Shown here: positions 31,028-40,413 of the stretch, piece after piece | How the letters are laid out: every line of letters begins with the position of its first letter | How positions within the stretch are numbered: position 1 is the first letter of the stretch | Assembly: GCA_964595645.1 (NCBI GenBank) | Contig: CAZQQT010000011.1 | Location: forward strand, 28,400-92,399 | Reading direction: 5' to 3' | Length of the DNA stretch: 64,000 nucleotides | DNA from: an uncultured Thermococci archaeon | GTDB lineage: Archaea; Methanobacteriota_B; Thermococci; Methanofastidiosales; B48-G16 | Translations under genes and position numbers: made by a program | The notes under the pieces: model-generated | Seen by the model: the letters and a program-made list of their open reading frames with translations, nothing else | Database searches by the model: none | Told to the model about the DNA's origin: nothing

Positions 31028-33475
31028 CTAGATGAGAGTGAGAAGGTACTCTATCAGCGCAATTGTAAACTCTAAATTATCTCCATATTTTATTCCTGTG
31101 GTAAACATCTGGGACGATCCCGAACACACAAGATACCCGTCCCCTACCTCCCTCAACGTAATGATCGCAAAATCCTCTATCCTCCCATCAGATGTTGCTG
31201 CATAACTACTCTCATTCCCCCGTAAAAGTACAGTAGTCTCTCTATAGTTCAGTACACCACCAGAAATATTTAACTCAGAGACATCTTCATAAAATGGGAA
31301 ACTCGGAAACTCTTTTACCCGCACATAGTATGATCTCCCACTGTTGCTTTTATCATCGCGAAAACTGGATTTGATGAATGTTGTGCCGTACTTCTTGGAG
31401 ATTCTATTGAGATCTATGTTTAGATACGTATGGTAGGTACCGCAGAGTATCAGCACGCCACCGTCCCTCATATACTCTTCAAGTTTCATGACTTCCTTTT
31501 CATTGAAATCTTCCCCGGGGTTTGTAACGATCACAATGTCGTACTCATCTAATGCTGGAAACTCATTGGTGGTATACGTCCCAATGTTATTCTCCTTCAA
31601 ACGGTCTTTTAACACTTCATTTAGAGTATAGTATTGATCTTTGTTCTGCAGAAAAAGAACTTTAGCTTTATATTTTTCTACATCCTCTTTATACGGTTTT
31701 AAAGCGTTTAATCTCTCTTTTATTTTTTTCAATTTTCTATTTTTTACTATAAACACGGAATTAATATTTTCAAATGTCTTTTTTATAGAGAGGAACTCCT
31801 CTGAGTCACAGAGTACTGTGTTTTCTAGTTCTTCAATTTTCTTGGCGATTTCTTCCTCCAATTTTTTATTGGTGCTAAATATAGAAGAAACGTATACCCT
31901 CTTTTGTAACTCCTGCGGATCCTCTGGTTCTTCTGGCTCCGGTATATAGCCTGGAGTGCCCCCTAAGGGACCGTATCTCCACACTCCATTGATTTTTTCC
32001 AGTGAGTGTCCTTCTTTTGCATTTCCACTATACTTTACCTCATCCAATATCACCTCTCCTTGCATAATCACGACGTGGTCGCCGGAGTTGGATAGAGAGA
32101 GATTCCCGTTGACCCTCAGTTCATTCTCTACCTCCACCTCATCGAAGACATGTGTATACTCATCCGTGATCACTGCACATTCTCCTGGAGGGATTGGATC
32201 TCCTAGTATCTCATCACCTCCACACTGCAGATTTGTGGGATCGTACAGGGTATCACTGGAATTGTATACTTCCACCCACTCGTAATAATAGTCAGATTTT
32301 CGAGGATTGTACATCACTTCTGTGAGAATTATTGGAGGATCGAGCGAGTACAACCTGTTGTACTCTCCGGGCGTGGGCTTTGTCTCTGCAAAGGACGTAT
32401 TTGAGAGTATTGGAAACCGTGCTAGTGTCCCGTGATTCCACACTGCGTGGTCCATCATTCCGTTATACTCAAGCAAGACTTCACTGAATCTCTCATTGAT
32501 CACAATATCTGGGTGAAATCCAAACTTGCTGAAAAACGAGGATTCATCGTTGGATATCACTAAAAATTGATCCACATAAGTAGTAAATGTTCTTATCGTT
32601 TCCAGTGAAAGAGAAAAAGATACCTCTCGCGGTATTGGCGTGTACAGCTCTATAAAATTCTCTGAAATCTCACTAATCACAAAAAAATCGTTGATAGTGC
32701 CCAAAGACTCATACGTATCGTGGAGATCGGAAGTATCCCATGAATACCCATAGACAACATTGCCATCGGGAATCCGCTGAATGCTCTCCTGGAGATCATG
32801 GCCGTAGTACCCTACCATATCAATGAGCTCTCCTGACGCATTGAAGAGATAGAGAACGTCCTCTTCTTGGAGGGTTATTGTCGACTCAAAAACGCGGACG
32901 TTTCGGGAATCTATCGTCCCTGTCAGATAAAATATCCCATCGCCATCAGAGAGAAAGAAATCGTCAAGATCTATCGACACTGTACGAGGATTGTACACCT
33001 CTATCGATTTTTCGTAGTACTCGTTAATCCGTATGGAATTTCCTAGATTCACTGGAGGAGCATCGTTTTCCATTCCTTTTGTAGGTGTGAGATCAAGATT
33101 CCACTCTCCATTTACAAAGACACAGGACTCGTAACTCGGTGGAGCAGGAGCGTACCCTCTGTAACCGTAGGAGACACTATCAATGACACTATCATTATCC
33201 TTCAGTACAATGGTATCGCCGTTATTGTCAAGAAATCCAGATGGTTCGAGGATATGGTATCCATACGCGGGTATTTCCTCAGTCGTGAACTCAATTATTC
33301 CTTCTGATGTTTCTATCGAGTATCCATCCAACTCAACAGATGCAGAAGAAGGATTATATAATTCAATCCATTCACCTCCCTTTATACAGAACTCATTGAT
33401 TCGTATCTCCTCTTGCGATGCTCCAATATCTATTAAAGAGCATACAATGAGGATTATTACTATATACCTCCTCAT
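31028..33475 (-). CDS. Secreted multi-lamin-tail-domain protein with C-terminal GATase-like/DUF4350-like domain
   Basis: Signal peptide; repeated INE...EWIELYN, L.N.GD and TPG/TKG..N LTD motifs; C-terminal Y...GG.L domain. Confidence 0.7.
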   Translation of the reverse strand: MRRYIVIILIVCSLIDIGASQEEIRINEFCIKGGEWIELYNPSSASVELDGYSIETSEGIIEFTTEEIPAYGYHILEPSGFLDNNGDTIVLKDNDSVIDSVSYGYRGYAPAPPSYESCVFVNGEWNLDLTPTKGMENDAPPVNLGNSIRINEYYEKSIEVYNPRTVSIDLDDFFLSDGDGIFYLTGTIDSRNVRVFESTITLQEEDVLYLFNASGELIDMVGYYGHDLQESIQRIPDGNVVYGYSWDTSDLHDTYESLGTINDFFVISEISENFIELYTPIPREVSFSLSLETIRTFTTYVDQFLVISNDESSFFSKFGFHPDIVINERFSEVLLEYNGMMDHAVWNHGTLARFPILSNTSFAETKPTPGEYNRLYSLDPPIILTEVMYNPRKSDYYYEWVEVYNSSDTLYDPTNLQCGGDEILGDPIPPGECAVITDEYTHVFDEVEVENELRVNGNLSLSNSGDHVVIMQGEVILDEVKYSGNAKEGHSLEKINGVWRYGPLGGTPGYIPEPEEPEDPQELQKRVYVSSIFSTNKKLEEEIAKKIEELENTVLCDSEEFLSIKKTFENINSVFIVKNRKLKKIKERLNALKPYKEDVEKYKAKVLFLQNKDQYYTLNEVLKDRLKENNIGTYTTNEFPALDEYDIVIVTNPGEDFNEKEVMKLEEYMRDGGVLILCGTYHTYLNIDLNRISKKYGTTFIKSSFRDDKSNSGRSYYVRVKEFPSFPFYEDVSELNISGGVLNYRETTVLLRGNESSYAATSDGRIEDFAIITLREVGDGYLVCSGSSQMFTTGIKYGDNLEFTIALIEYLLTLI

Positions 33476-33503
33476 TTTCCCCCTCGTCCATGTTGTTATC
33501 TTT

Positions 33504-33914
33504 CTACACTGACGCTTTCTCCAAGCTCACGGTGACTAACGCCACAGAGATCTTTAACTCTTCAGCTATCTGCTCCGGTGTGTACCCTCTACCGTGCAGC
33601 CGGATAACATCACTGAGATCGGGAAGTTCGTTATTGCTCTTCAGTCCAAGACTGGTTCGTCGGTAGTGGATGGCTGGTGGTGTGAGACCCATCTCACGCG
33701 CTATCTCCTTATCGGTGTACCCTTGATGATACAGCTCCAAAAATGTCTCTCTGTCGAATTTCTTTTCTTTTTTATGATAGTTATTTTCGAGTCCAAGCCG
33801 TTTTCTTCGATAATTCACAGAACTCTGAGAAACCTCCAATTCCTCAGCAATCTCCCGATCGGTCAACCCCCGTGAGTGGAGCTCAATGATCTCCTCATCC
33901 GTGATCTTGGGCAT
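33504..33914 (-). CDS. Protein of three tandem HTH repeats
   Basis: GLTDREIAEEL / GYTDKEIAREM / GYTPEQIAEEL. Confidence 0.8.
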   Translation of the reverse strand: MPKITDEEIIELHSRGLTDREIAEELEVSQSSVNYRRKRLGLENNYHKKEKKFDRETFLELYHQGYTDKEIAREMGLTPPAIHYRRTSLGLKSNNELPDLSDVIRLHGRGYTPEQIAEELKISVALVTVSLEKASV

Positions 33915-34041
33915 ATCTTCCTTATGAAGAGGGTAATAAAAACTTTACTATTGGGTTGCTATGTTACCGTGGTCATCATCGCAATTTTGAAATACTTTCA
34001 CTTCTTTCTTCTCCAATCGCTGATCGACTACATTACCAAGA

Positions 34042-34377
34042 TCAGAAGCAAGTCTTTTCTATACCTAATAAACTATTAAATTGTTCCATTCTACGTGGCC
34101 ATGCAGATAATAATATGGCACAATAAAAATTATATAGAACAAGAAGACTAAATACTGGAAAAATATAGAGAATATCTCCTTCTTCTCTTTTATATTTATA
34201 TATTATTTGCTTTAAACCTAGCAACAAAACTATCCCCACAAGATAATTCCGTAAAGATTCTAGAGAAAGCCAGCTATAAAATACATAAATATACAATCCG
34301 AAAACTACAATTGCTATCATAGTATACGAAAGATATACTGTTTTCTTATTCCGTTCCCATAGTCTTACAAAGTTCAT
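34042..34377 (-). CDS. AT-rich small membrane protein (putative immunity, cassette 4)
   Basis: Three hydrophobic segments; begins about 30 nt after the orphan C-terminal cassette. Confidence 0.55.
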   Translation of the reverse strand: MNFVRLWERNKKTVYLSYTMIAIVVFGLYIYVFYSWLSLESLRNYLVGIVLLLGLKQIIYKYKREEGDILYIFPVFSLLVLYNFYCAILLSAWPRRMEQFNSLLGIEKTCF

Positions 34378-34405
34378 AATATTTTTCCTATATTTTCCTT
34401 TTTTT

Positions 34406-34930
34406 CTATACTACGCAAGGACATATGTCCTTTATGTGGTCAGTGACATCGTTTATTTGTCTTTTTAAGTCCCTGTTTTCAGTTTTGTACCATTCTATTG
34501 CTGGTGGGATATTTTCAATAGATTTTCTCTGTCCGTAGAGATGCATTTCGTTCCCTACAGCATATGTGACTATGCCCACAACAACAATATCTACTTTTAT
34601 TACTGCTTTTACCCCCTCTTTGATTGCTGTCCAAACAGTCCGCAGTGTCCATAGAGATTTAACATCTGTTCTATACCAATCTCTATTATCAAGAGTATCT
34701 TTCATATCCTTCCTCAGTGATCGAAGTTCATCCTTCCAGTGCTCTATTAACTCGTTATTTTCATTGATTTTATTCTTTCCAGCTTTTAAGGATCTCAGCA
34801 ATTCCCGTACCTCAGGATCATCAGGTGCTGGTGTCTCTGTTGGCGTCGGCGTCTCCGGTGGACACTCTCCATAGTCTTCAGAACGCGAGTCATCTGTTTT
34901 ATTGTATCCTTTTTCACCACGCAGGAGAGA
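34406..34930 (-). pseudogene. Orphan C-terminal cassette (no ATG before the linker)
   Basis: The frame opens after a TGA at 34931-33: EDYGECPPETPTPTETPAPDDPEVR, then coiled coil, hydrophobic hairpin and a terminal CPC. Confidence 0.65.
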
Positions 34931-35084
34931 TCACATAGAGGAGCAGAGCCATGATAGAGTTGACAAAGTTATTTCATAATTTATGACTTTATTGATTGAA
35001 AGAGTATTTTATTTCCTTCTAAAGGTTGAAGCCGTTTTGTAAAGATCGAGTCTCCCATTTCTTGCAAAATAACTAAAGATAACA

Positions 35085-35504
35085 TTAGCACCCACTATTG
35101 TTGCGATCCTCTTTGTATACATTGAGTCTACCCCCACTGTAGAAAAGAAAGGGAAGAAAGAAAGCACCACCATAACATCCAAACAAAAACATTGACCCGC
35201 CCCAATCTATTAATACCAGCCCTAAAAATAAAGGCATCGCAGATGCGAGAATATATCCTCTGAGATCTTTGCTGACCTCTTTCCACTCTACATGATATTT
35301 TTCCTTTTTGTAGATACCAATTCTTCCTGTGCTATAAAGATATAAAAACGCCAGCAGTGCGCCCGAAAATCCACCTAATAAGAGATAACCAAAGAAGTAC
35401 ATAGACATCCATGTGAATATAATACCAAAAGATAATAAAAAAAATAAAATAAGGAAAAAGGTCTTTGTGTCGATATTTAGGGTTGATATATTTTTGGTTG
35501 TCAT
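35085..35504 (-). CDS. Membrane protein with internal duplication (putative immunity, cassette 3)
   Basis: ATG directly after the upstream fragment's stop; two similar halves ending YSTGRIGIYK / YSGGRLNVYK. Confidence 0.6.
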   Translation of the reverse strand: MTTKNISTLNIDTKTFFLILFFLLSFGIIFTWMSMYFFGYLLLGGFSGALLAFLYLYSTGRIGIYKKEKYHVEWKEVSKDLRGYILASAMPLFLGLVLIDWGGSMFLFGCYGGAFFLPFLFYSGGRLNVYKEDRNNSGC

Positions 35505-35505
35505 G

Positions 35506-35748
35506 TTATCCACCACAGTACTTGCTACAATCTTGTGTCTGATCATCTTCACAATCTTCAACTGCATCTTTCCACTCTCCAATTTTTTCTCCCAATTCTT
35601 GAACCTCTTCCCAGTACTCATTCGCTTTTTCTCTAAGTTGCTTTGCTACCAGCGGATTGCATCCTTCACTGTACTCACACTCACCGGCCACACCGTAGTA
35701 CTCTCTGTACATTTGGTAGACATTGCCATACTGTGTCTTAGTGCTCAT
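35506..35748 (-). pseudogene. Orphan C-terminal fragment with VYQ.YR...GECEY module
   Basis: Homologous in DNA and protein to the 36159-36356 fragment; ends DCSKYCGG. Confidence 0.55.
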
Positions 35749-36148
35749 TGTCGCGATCCTCGTTATATTTCCTATTCTTAATCCACATTAGAACTGGTGT
35801 CCCTATAAAAGCCATTAGCAGTACGAGACATACGAGTATTACTCCGATCAATTTGATATATCTTACGTAAACTTCACTGAGGTATCCCATCTTTGCACAG
35901 ACTTCGCCTAAGCTGTAAAATAAGAGTCCACATCCTAAAAGGGTATGTTCATAAAACTCCATATTGGATATTTCATCCTGTCCCAGAATAACTGCCAGAA
36001 ACCATCCTCCCGAAAGAATAGGAAAAAGCATCTCTTCTGTGCTCCAATCAACATCGCCGATTTTCCAACTCCAGAATATGGCAAAACTCATTAAAAATAT
36101 AGAAAAAAAGAATAAAAAAATTCTTCTTCGTGTTCTTTTAAATCTCAT
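35738..36148 (-). CDS. 4-TM membrane protein (putative immunity, cassette 2)
   Basis: GGTGATT RBS overlaps the upstream stop; four hydrophobic segments. Confidence 0.65.
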   Translation of the reverse strand: MRFKRTRRRIFLFFFSIFLMSFAIFWSWKIGDVDWSTEEMLFPILSGGWFLAVILGQDEISNMEFYEHTLLGCGLLFYSLGEVCAKMGYLSEVYVRYIKLIGVILVCLVLLMAFIGTPVLMWIKNRKYNEDRDNEH

Positions 36149-36158
36149 CGTTAATCAC

Positions 36159-36356
36159 CTAGTTTAGTATACAGCTGCAATGCTCTTCTATCCACACTTG
36201 TAACTTATCGATCTCAAAGTTCAATCGAATAATCTGCTCCTCCGTCACCCTCTCTTCCCCGGTGTACTCGCACTCGCCGTCCTCGCAGTACCAGTCTCTG
36301 TAGGTCTGGTAGACCTTGCTGTTCTTATCAATCATTTGCTGCACCCTCGTTCCCAT
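36159..36356 (-). pseudogene. Orphan C-terminal fragment (YCEDGECEY module + helix + CSC end)
   Basis: VYQTYRDWYCEDGECEY resembles CYCGDGECDGY in the carrier; ends HCSCILN. Confidence 0.55.
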
Positions 36357-36922
36357 ACACTTGCCAGGCCTTGCAGGCGTTCTACATTATTCTCGAGGGC
36401 CTCTGCTCGTTCAATGCATTCATCCTCTGACTCACCTTGTTCATATGTTATATATCCAATTAATGAAGTAAGACCTAATGCTCCTGCCGCAGTACCAGGA
36501 CCAGGACAAATGCAAGTTCCTATGAATCCACCAACACCTGCACCTAATGCTATTAACTGACTTCTAGTCTCTGCAGTATCATACGTGTCAGCTAAACTCC
36601 TCAATCTCTTTGCCTCATCTCTCATAGCTGTAGCTCTTTTCCTGCATTCTTCTAACCTTTCACGATCACACGGACATCCGTTGCCTATCTCTCCAGTGCT
36701 TCCGTTCAGATGTGGGCAGGTATCGCATTTATTTCCGACTCCATCGTTATCTTTGTCCCACTGATTCGCGTTGGGGTTGTTGGGACAGTTGTCCTTGTGA
36801 TCTGGCACACCATCACCATCTGAATCCTGTTCCGGCTCCGGACTCGGTGTCGTTGTTGGTGTCGGCGTCTGGGAGGGTGTCGAGTCGTCACTTTCTTCGT
36901 AGTCCTCGGGACAGGTCAGAAG
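36332..36922 (-). pseudogene. Orphan C-terminal cassette: Pro/Thr linker + thrombospondin type-3-like Ca-binding repeats + Gly-rich hydrophobic hairpin
   Basis: The frame opens after a TGA at 36923-25: TCPEDY...TPTPTTTPSP, DSDGDGVPD..DNCP..N..Q.D.D.DGVG..CD, GCPC and LGAGVGGFIG...GTAAGALG. Confidence 0.65.
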
Positions 36923-37039
36923 TCATCGTTGCCTTCGGATTCCATGGAGTTATACATAGAGGCTGTTGATTATCTCATCTCTCTTCTATTTCTTTTTTAT
37001 GATCGTTTTTTCTATAAGTCTTTTGTTTTTTAATCTGCG

Positions 37040-37345
37040 TTAAATATATTTTTTATATGAAATTAAAATGATGAATATCGCCAACAAACTCAACATGAAG
37101 ACTAAAACATAAATAATATCAATGTTCAAAATTTCTAGGATTAGAAAACTTATTGGGAGGAAAAGAACTAAAAAAAAAGATCTTTTTGGTGTTTTGATAC
37201 GTTTGTATTTAACTGTCAGCACAAAATATAATTCCGCTATAGAAATTGGAACTGCAATTCCTTTCTGAAACAAAAGTGAATATAAAAAGATAAATATAAG
37301 GATTCCACTCAAAATTGTTATATGAATCCTCTTTTTGGATTCCAT
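37040..37345 (-). CDS. 4-TM AT-rich membrane protein (putative immunity, cassette 1)
   Basis: TAATG overlap with the carrier's stop; AGGAGG RBS. Confidence 0.65.
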   Translation of the reverse strand: MESKKRIHITILSGILIFIFLYSLLFQKGIAVPISIAELYFVLTVKYKRIKTPKRSFFLVLFLPISFLILEILNIDIIYVLVFMLSLLAIFIILISYKKYI

Positions 37346-40155
37346 TATGACCCTCCTACTTTCAAGGCACATGAACACGTTTCTAGTAGTTCTTTTGTGT
37401 ATTTTTCAGCAAGATCGCCATGATAATGAAGAAGCTTTATATGTTTATTTATTTGTATTTCTATACCGTTCGCTTTTATTTTGTTATATGCATATAATGT
37501 TGCATAAGCATCCAAAGTAAGAAATTTTGTCAATAAAGTGTCCTGTAGAATCTCTTTTGGATCCACTTCTGCACCACCAAGTTTCTTTATTGCGGATAGT
37601 ACAGGTCCAGCTAGTGTCGAGATCCACCACTCAACGTTATCGGGCGAAAAATTCTTATTAAAATTTCCTGCCCATTTCTTAGCGTCTTTTTCGTATTTCT
37701 TTTTTTTATTCTCGTATTCTTCCATATGTTTACTAATGAACTCTTCTTCTGCATCGATAAGGTACTTTTGTGTATCTATATCCTCCATCAATTTTCTCAC
37801 CTCAGGGTCATTCTTACATCCACATTCATCCGGCGGTATCGTGGTCGGACTTGGGGTACTCGTTGGTGCTGGTGTTGTAGTAGGCGTCGGGGGACACTCC
37901 CCACAGTCCTCGTTCCCGTTACATGACCCATCACCGCAGTAGGGATCTGGATCATCGCAGTCCCCACAGTCTTCGGGGCAGTCGTGACACCCCTCGCCTC
38001 TATAACCATCGCACTCTCCATCGCCGCAGTAGCAGGTGTCGGCGCCAAGAGCGAGTTCTTTGCCTTCGGGAGGCGGTGCCACATGAGGCAGGGGGAGTCT
38101 CTAAATCCTGCGGATTTCAATGGGAGGTAGGGGACCGGTCCTATAATCAGGTCCTTGTCCGGATCCTCCGGTTCTATCACAATTTCCGGTTGGATGTCGT
38201 TGAGCGTCTGGTACCTGACGGTCCACGCGTAGTTAAATGTGTCCTGCCAGGTGGGATCCTCTTCCGTAGCTTGGGATGCGGTCCACTTCATACTGTTGTT
38301 GTACAGCTTCTGCGTGAATGCGTCATCTCCTGCGATGGAGAGGTAGAGGTAGACCAAGGCAGCGTAGAAATCGTCCTTGTACTCGATGTGCCCATGCTCT
38401 ACCAGGTAACTTGCGTTGTTGAGGATATTCTCTATCTCTGTACGACTGGGGTTCTGGATATCGATGTTCTGCCATGAGCTCTTGAGGTTCTCCTGGACCG
38501 TGGTAATCTCTGTGCCCGTCGTCCTGCCAAACTCGCTTTCCCGCGTGTAGATGCCGAAGGTAAACATCACAGAGTCGATCTGGAGGAGGCCTAGATCGCT
38601 GTAGACATTTTTGAGGTCTACGAAGTTTTGGAGGATACGTTTCTCCTTTATTATTGATTTATTGTTCAAAATATCGGTCCTGAGCTGTTCTATCTCGCTA
38701 TCAGCAAGGCCGTAGTCGCTGAGGAGTATCTTCACCTCCTCTGGGAACTCGTTCTCTATCGTGGTAAAGGCTTCGTCTAGTTCTGTGTTGCTAAGATGCT
38801 CGAACTGCTGTACTGCCTCTCGCTGCGAGGCGAACCCACGAATCTCATTCATGTACCGGTGGTTCCACGCCGATTTCTTCACGAGATCTATCTTCGTGTC
38901 CAGAAGGTCGGCGAGAATCGCTGGATCTTTCTTGTCTTGGAAGGTAGTACTGATCGATTCTTTCTAACTCCTCATCGATGAGCTGTGACTCCTCCGTCAC
39001 GTTTGCCTGCCACTCACTCATCTTTTTTTCCAAGGCGCCTACGGTAAGAGATCCTTCCTCCGGCATGCGGATGGGCTCCTTGCCGTTCTTGAACAGGAAG
39101 TAGTACTCGCATTCCTCGTAGGGAAGTGTGATGCTGTACAGCGCGCCGTTCCACTGGTACTCATCGTCATCCTCACAAACAAGATCGTAGGCTACATTGT
39201 TGAGATAGACCTTTGCACTGGATGGTGGATCGTTGTTGCGATCGGTGTATCGAACTTGGAATGTTGTGGTTTCATCTTCTACACGTACAACCGGTAGTGA
39301 TAGTCGCGCCGGCGTCTCGGGGACCGTGTGGAACGACTGTAAACTCCATGAGATTTTTGTTCCTTCCACGGTGCTCAACGTGAGCTCCGTGGCACCGTTT
39401 ATTTTTTCTTTTGGGATTTTTATGGTTGCCTTGCCGTTCTGGAGGTTTGCTGCAACGGTTTCGGAGGAGTTCGTTCGATCCGTACTGTATCGTACCTCCG
39501 TCGGGTACAGTGTTGTCTTTTTCCTGTAGTAGATCCTGAAACAGAAATCTTTGTCGGGATCGAAACCGGCACGGCCATTGGCATAGCCTGAGCCGTAGTA
39601 CCACTGCACTCCCCGGAGTTCCAGGGTGTAGGTTCCGTTCAGTTTGAGGTTTGGGACTGCGAAAGAAAGCCATTTCGTCGTTCCCGCGGGAACTGTTACC
39701 TGATCGTGGTAGAGTGTGGTGTCGCTTTTTATTGAGAGGGATACTGTAGAGTCAGAAGGTGGCTTGGGAATCGGTGTGATGGGAACAGGTATTGGATCTC
39801 CGCTGAGGGACGAGGATAGTCGTAATGGTCTTGGTACCCGTACGTACACTTCTATCTTTGTTACCTCTCCCTTGCAGGTAAATGTTTGAGTGGGTGTTCC
39901 CCCTCTACAGCTCTCCACAGTTTCCTGTGTAAGGATGCGTTCTTCGTACCTCTCTGTAGCTTCACCTTTCACCGTGAGAACAGCATGATCCATATCATTC
40001 GCAGTGATGGTGAATGTCTCAGTGCCAATACATTCGCCACTCATTTCATCAATATACTTTGCTGGTCTATCAAAGGAATAGACCGGTAGAACAGCAACTA
40101 AAAGTATCACTACAACAAGCAACGCTGTAATCTGTATCCTCCCACTTCCCTTCAT
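37345..40155 (-). pseudogene. Large secreted carrier protein (signal peptide, beta-rich domains, CGDG Cys repeats, Pro/Thr linker, variable C-terminal domain), split by frameshifts
   Basis: Three overlapping ORFs (38845-40155, 37797-38882, 37345-38082) read as one protein, with frame changes near 38945 and 38090-38130. Confidence 0.65.
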
Positions 40156-40293
40156 ACTTACAACTCCTTAGTTAATAGGGATAGAGGGATTTAAAAGTTT
40201 TTCTATTTATCATGACAAATATTTCCAAATACTTGAAATGGAAGGTTTTTTTATCCCTGCCAATCTTTTGTAAGAAATCGAAAAGAAGAAGAG

Positions 40294-40368
40294 TGGGCCC
40301 GTCGAGATTTGAACTCGAGGCCTCCTGGTTATCAGCCAGGCGCTCTGACCAATCTAAGCTACGAGCCC
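40294..40368 (-). tRNA. tRNA-Ile(GAT)
   Basis: GGGCTCG/CGGGCCC acceptor stem; CCTGG-CTGATAA-CCAGG anticodon arm. Confidence 0.95.
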
Positions 40369-40413
40369 ATCTAAAGTATGTAAAAATAAGAAAATTTAAA
40401 AAGGTTGCGCTTG

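Noticed and set aside
34042-40155. Diversity-generating retroelement as the source of cassette variation
   Set aside because: There is no reverse transcriptase, and the repeats do not differ specifically at adenines.
40200-40368. tRNA-Ile as attachment site of an integrated element
   Set aside because: I saw no duplicated tRNA 3' end near 33.9-34.0 kb and no integrase; adjacency only.
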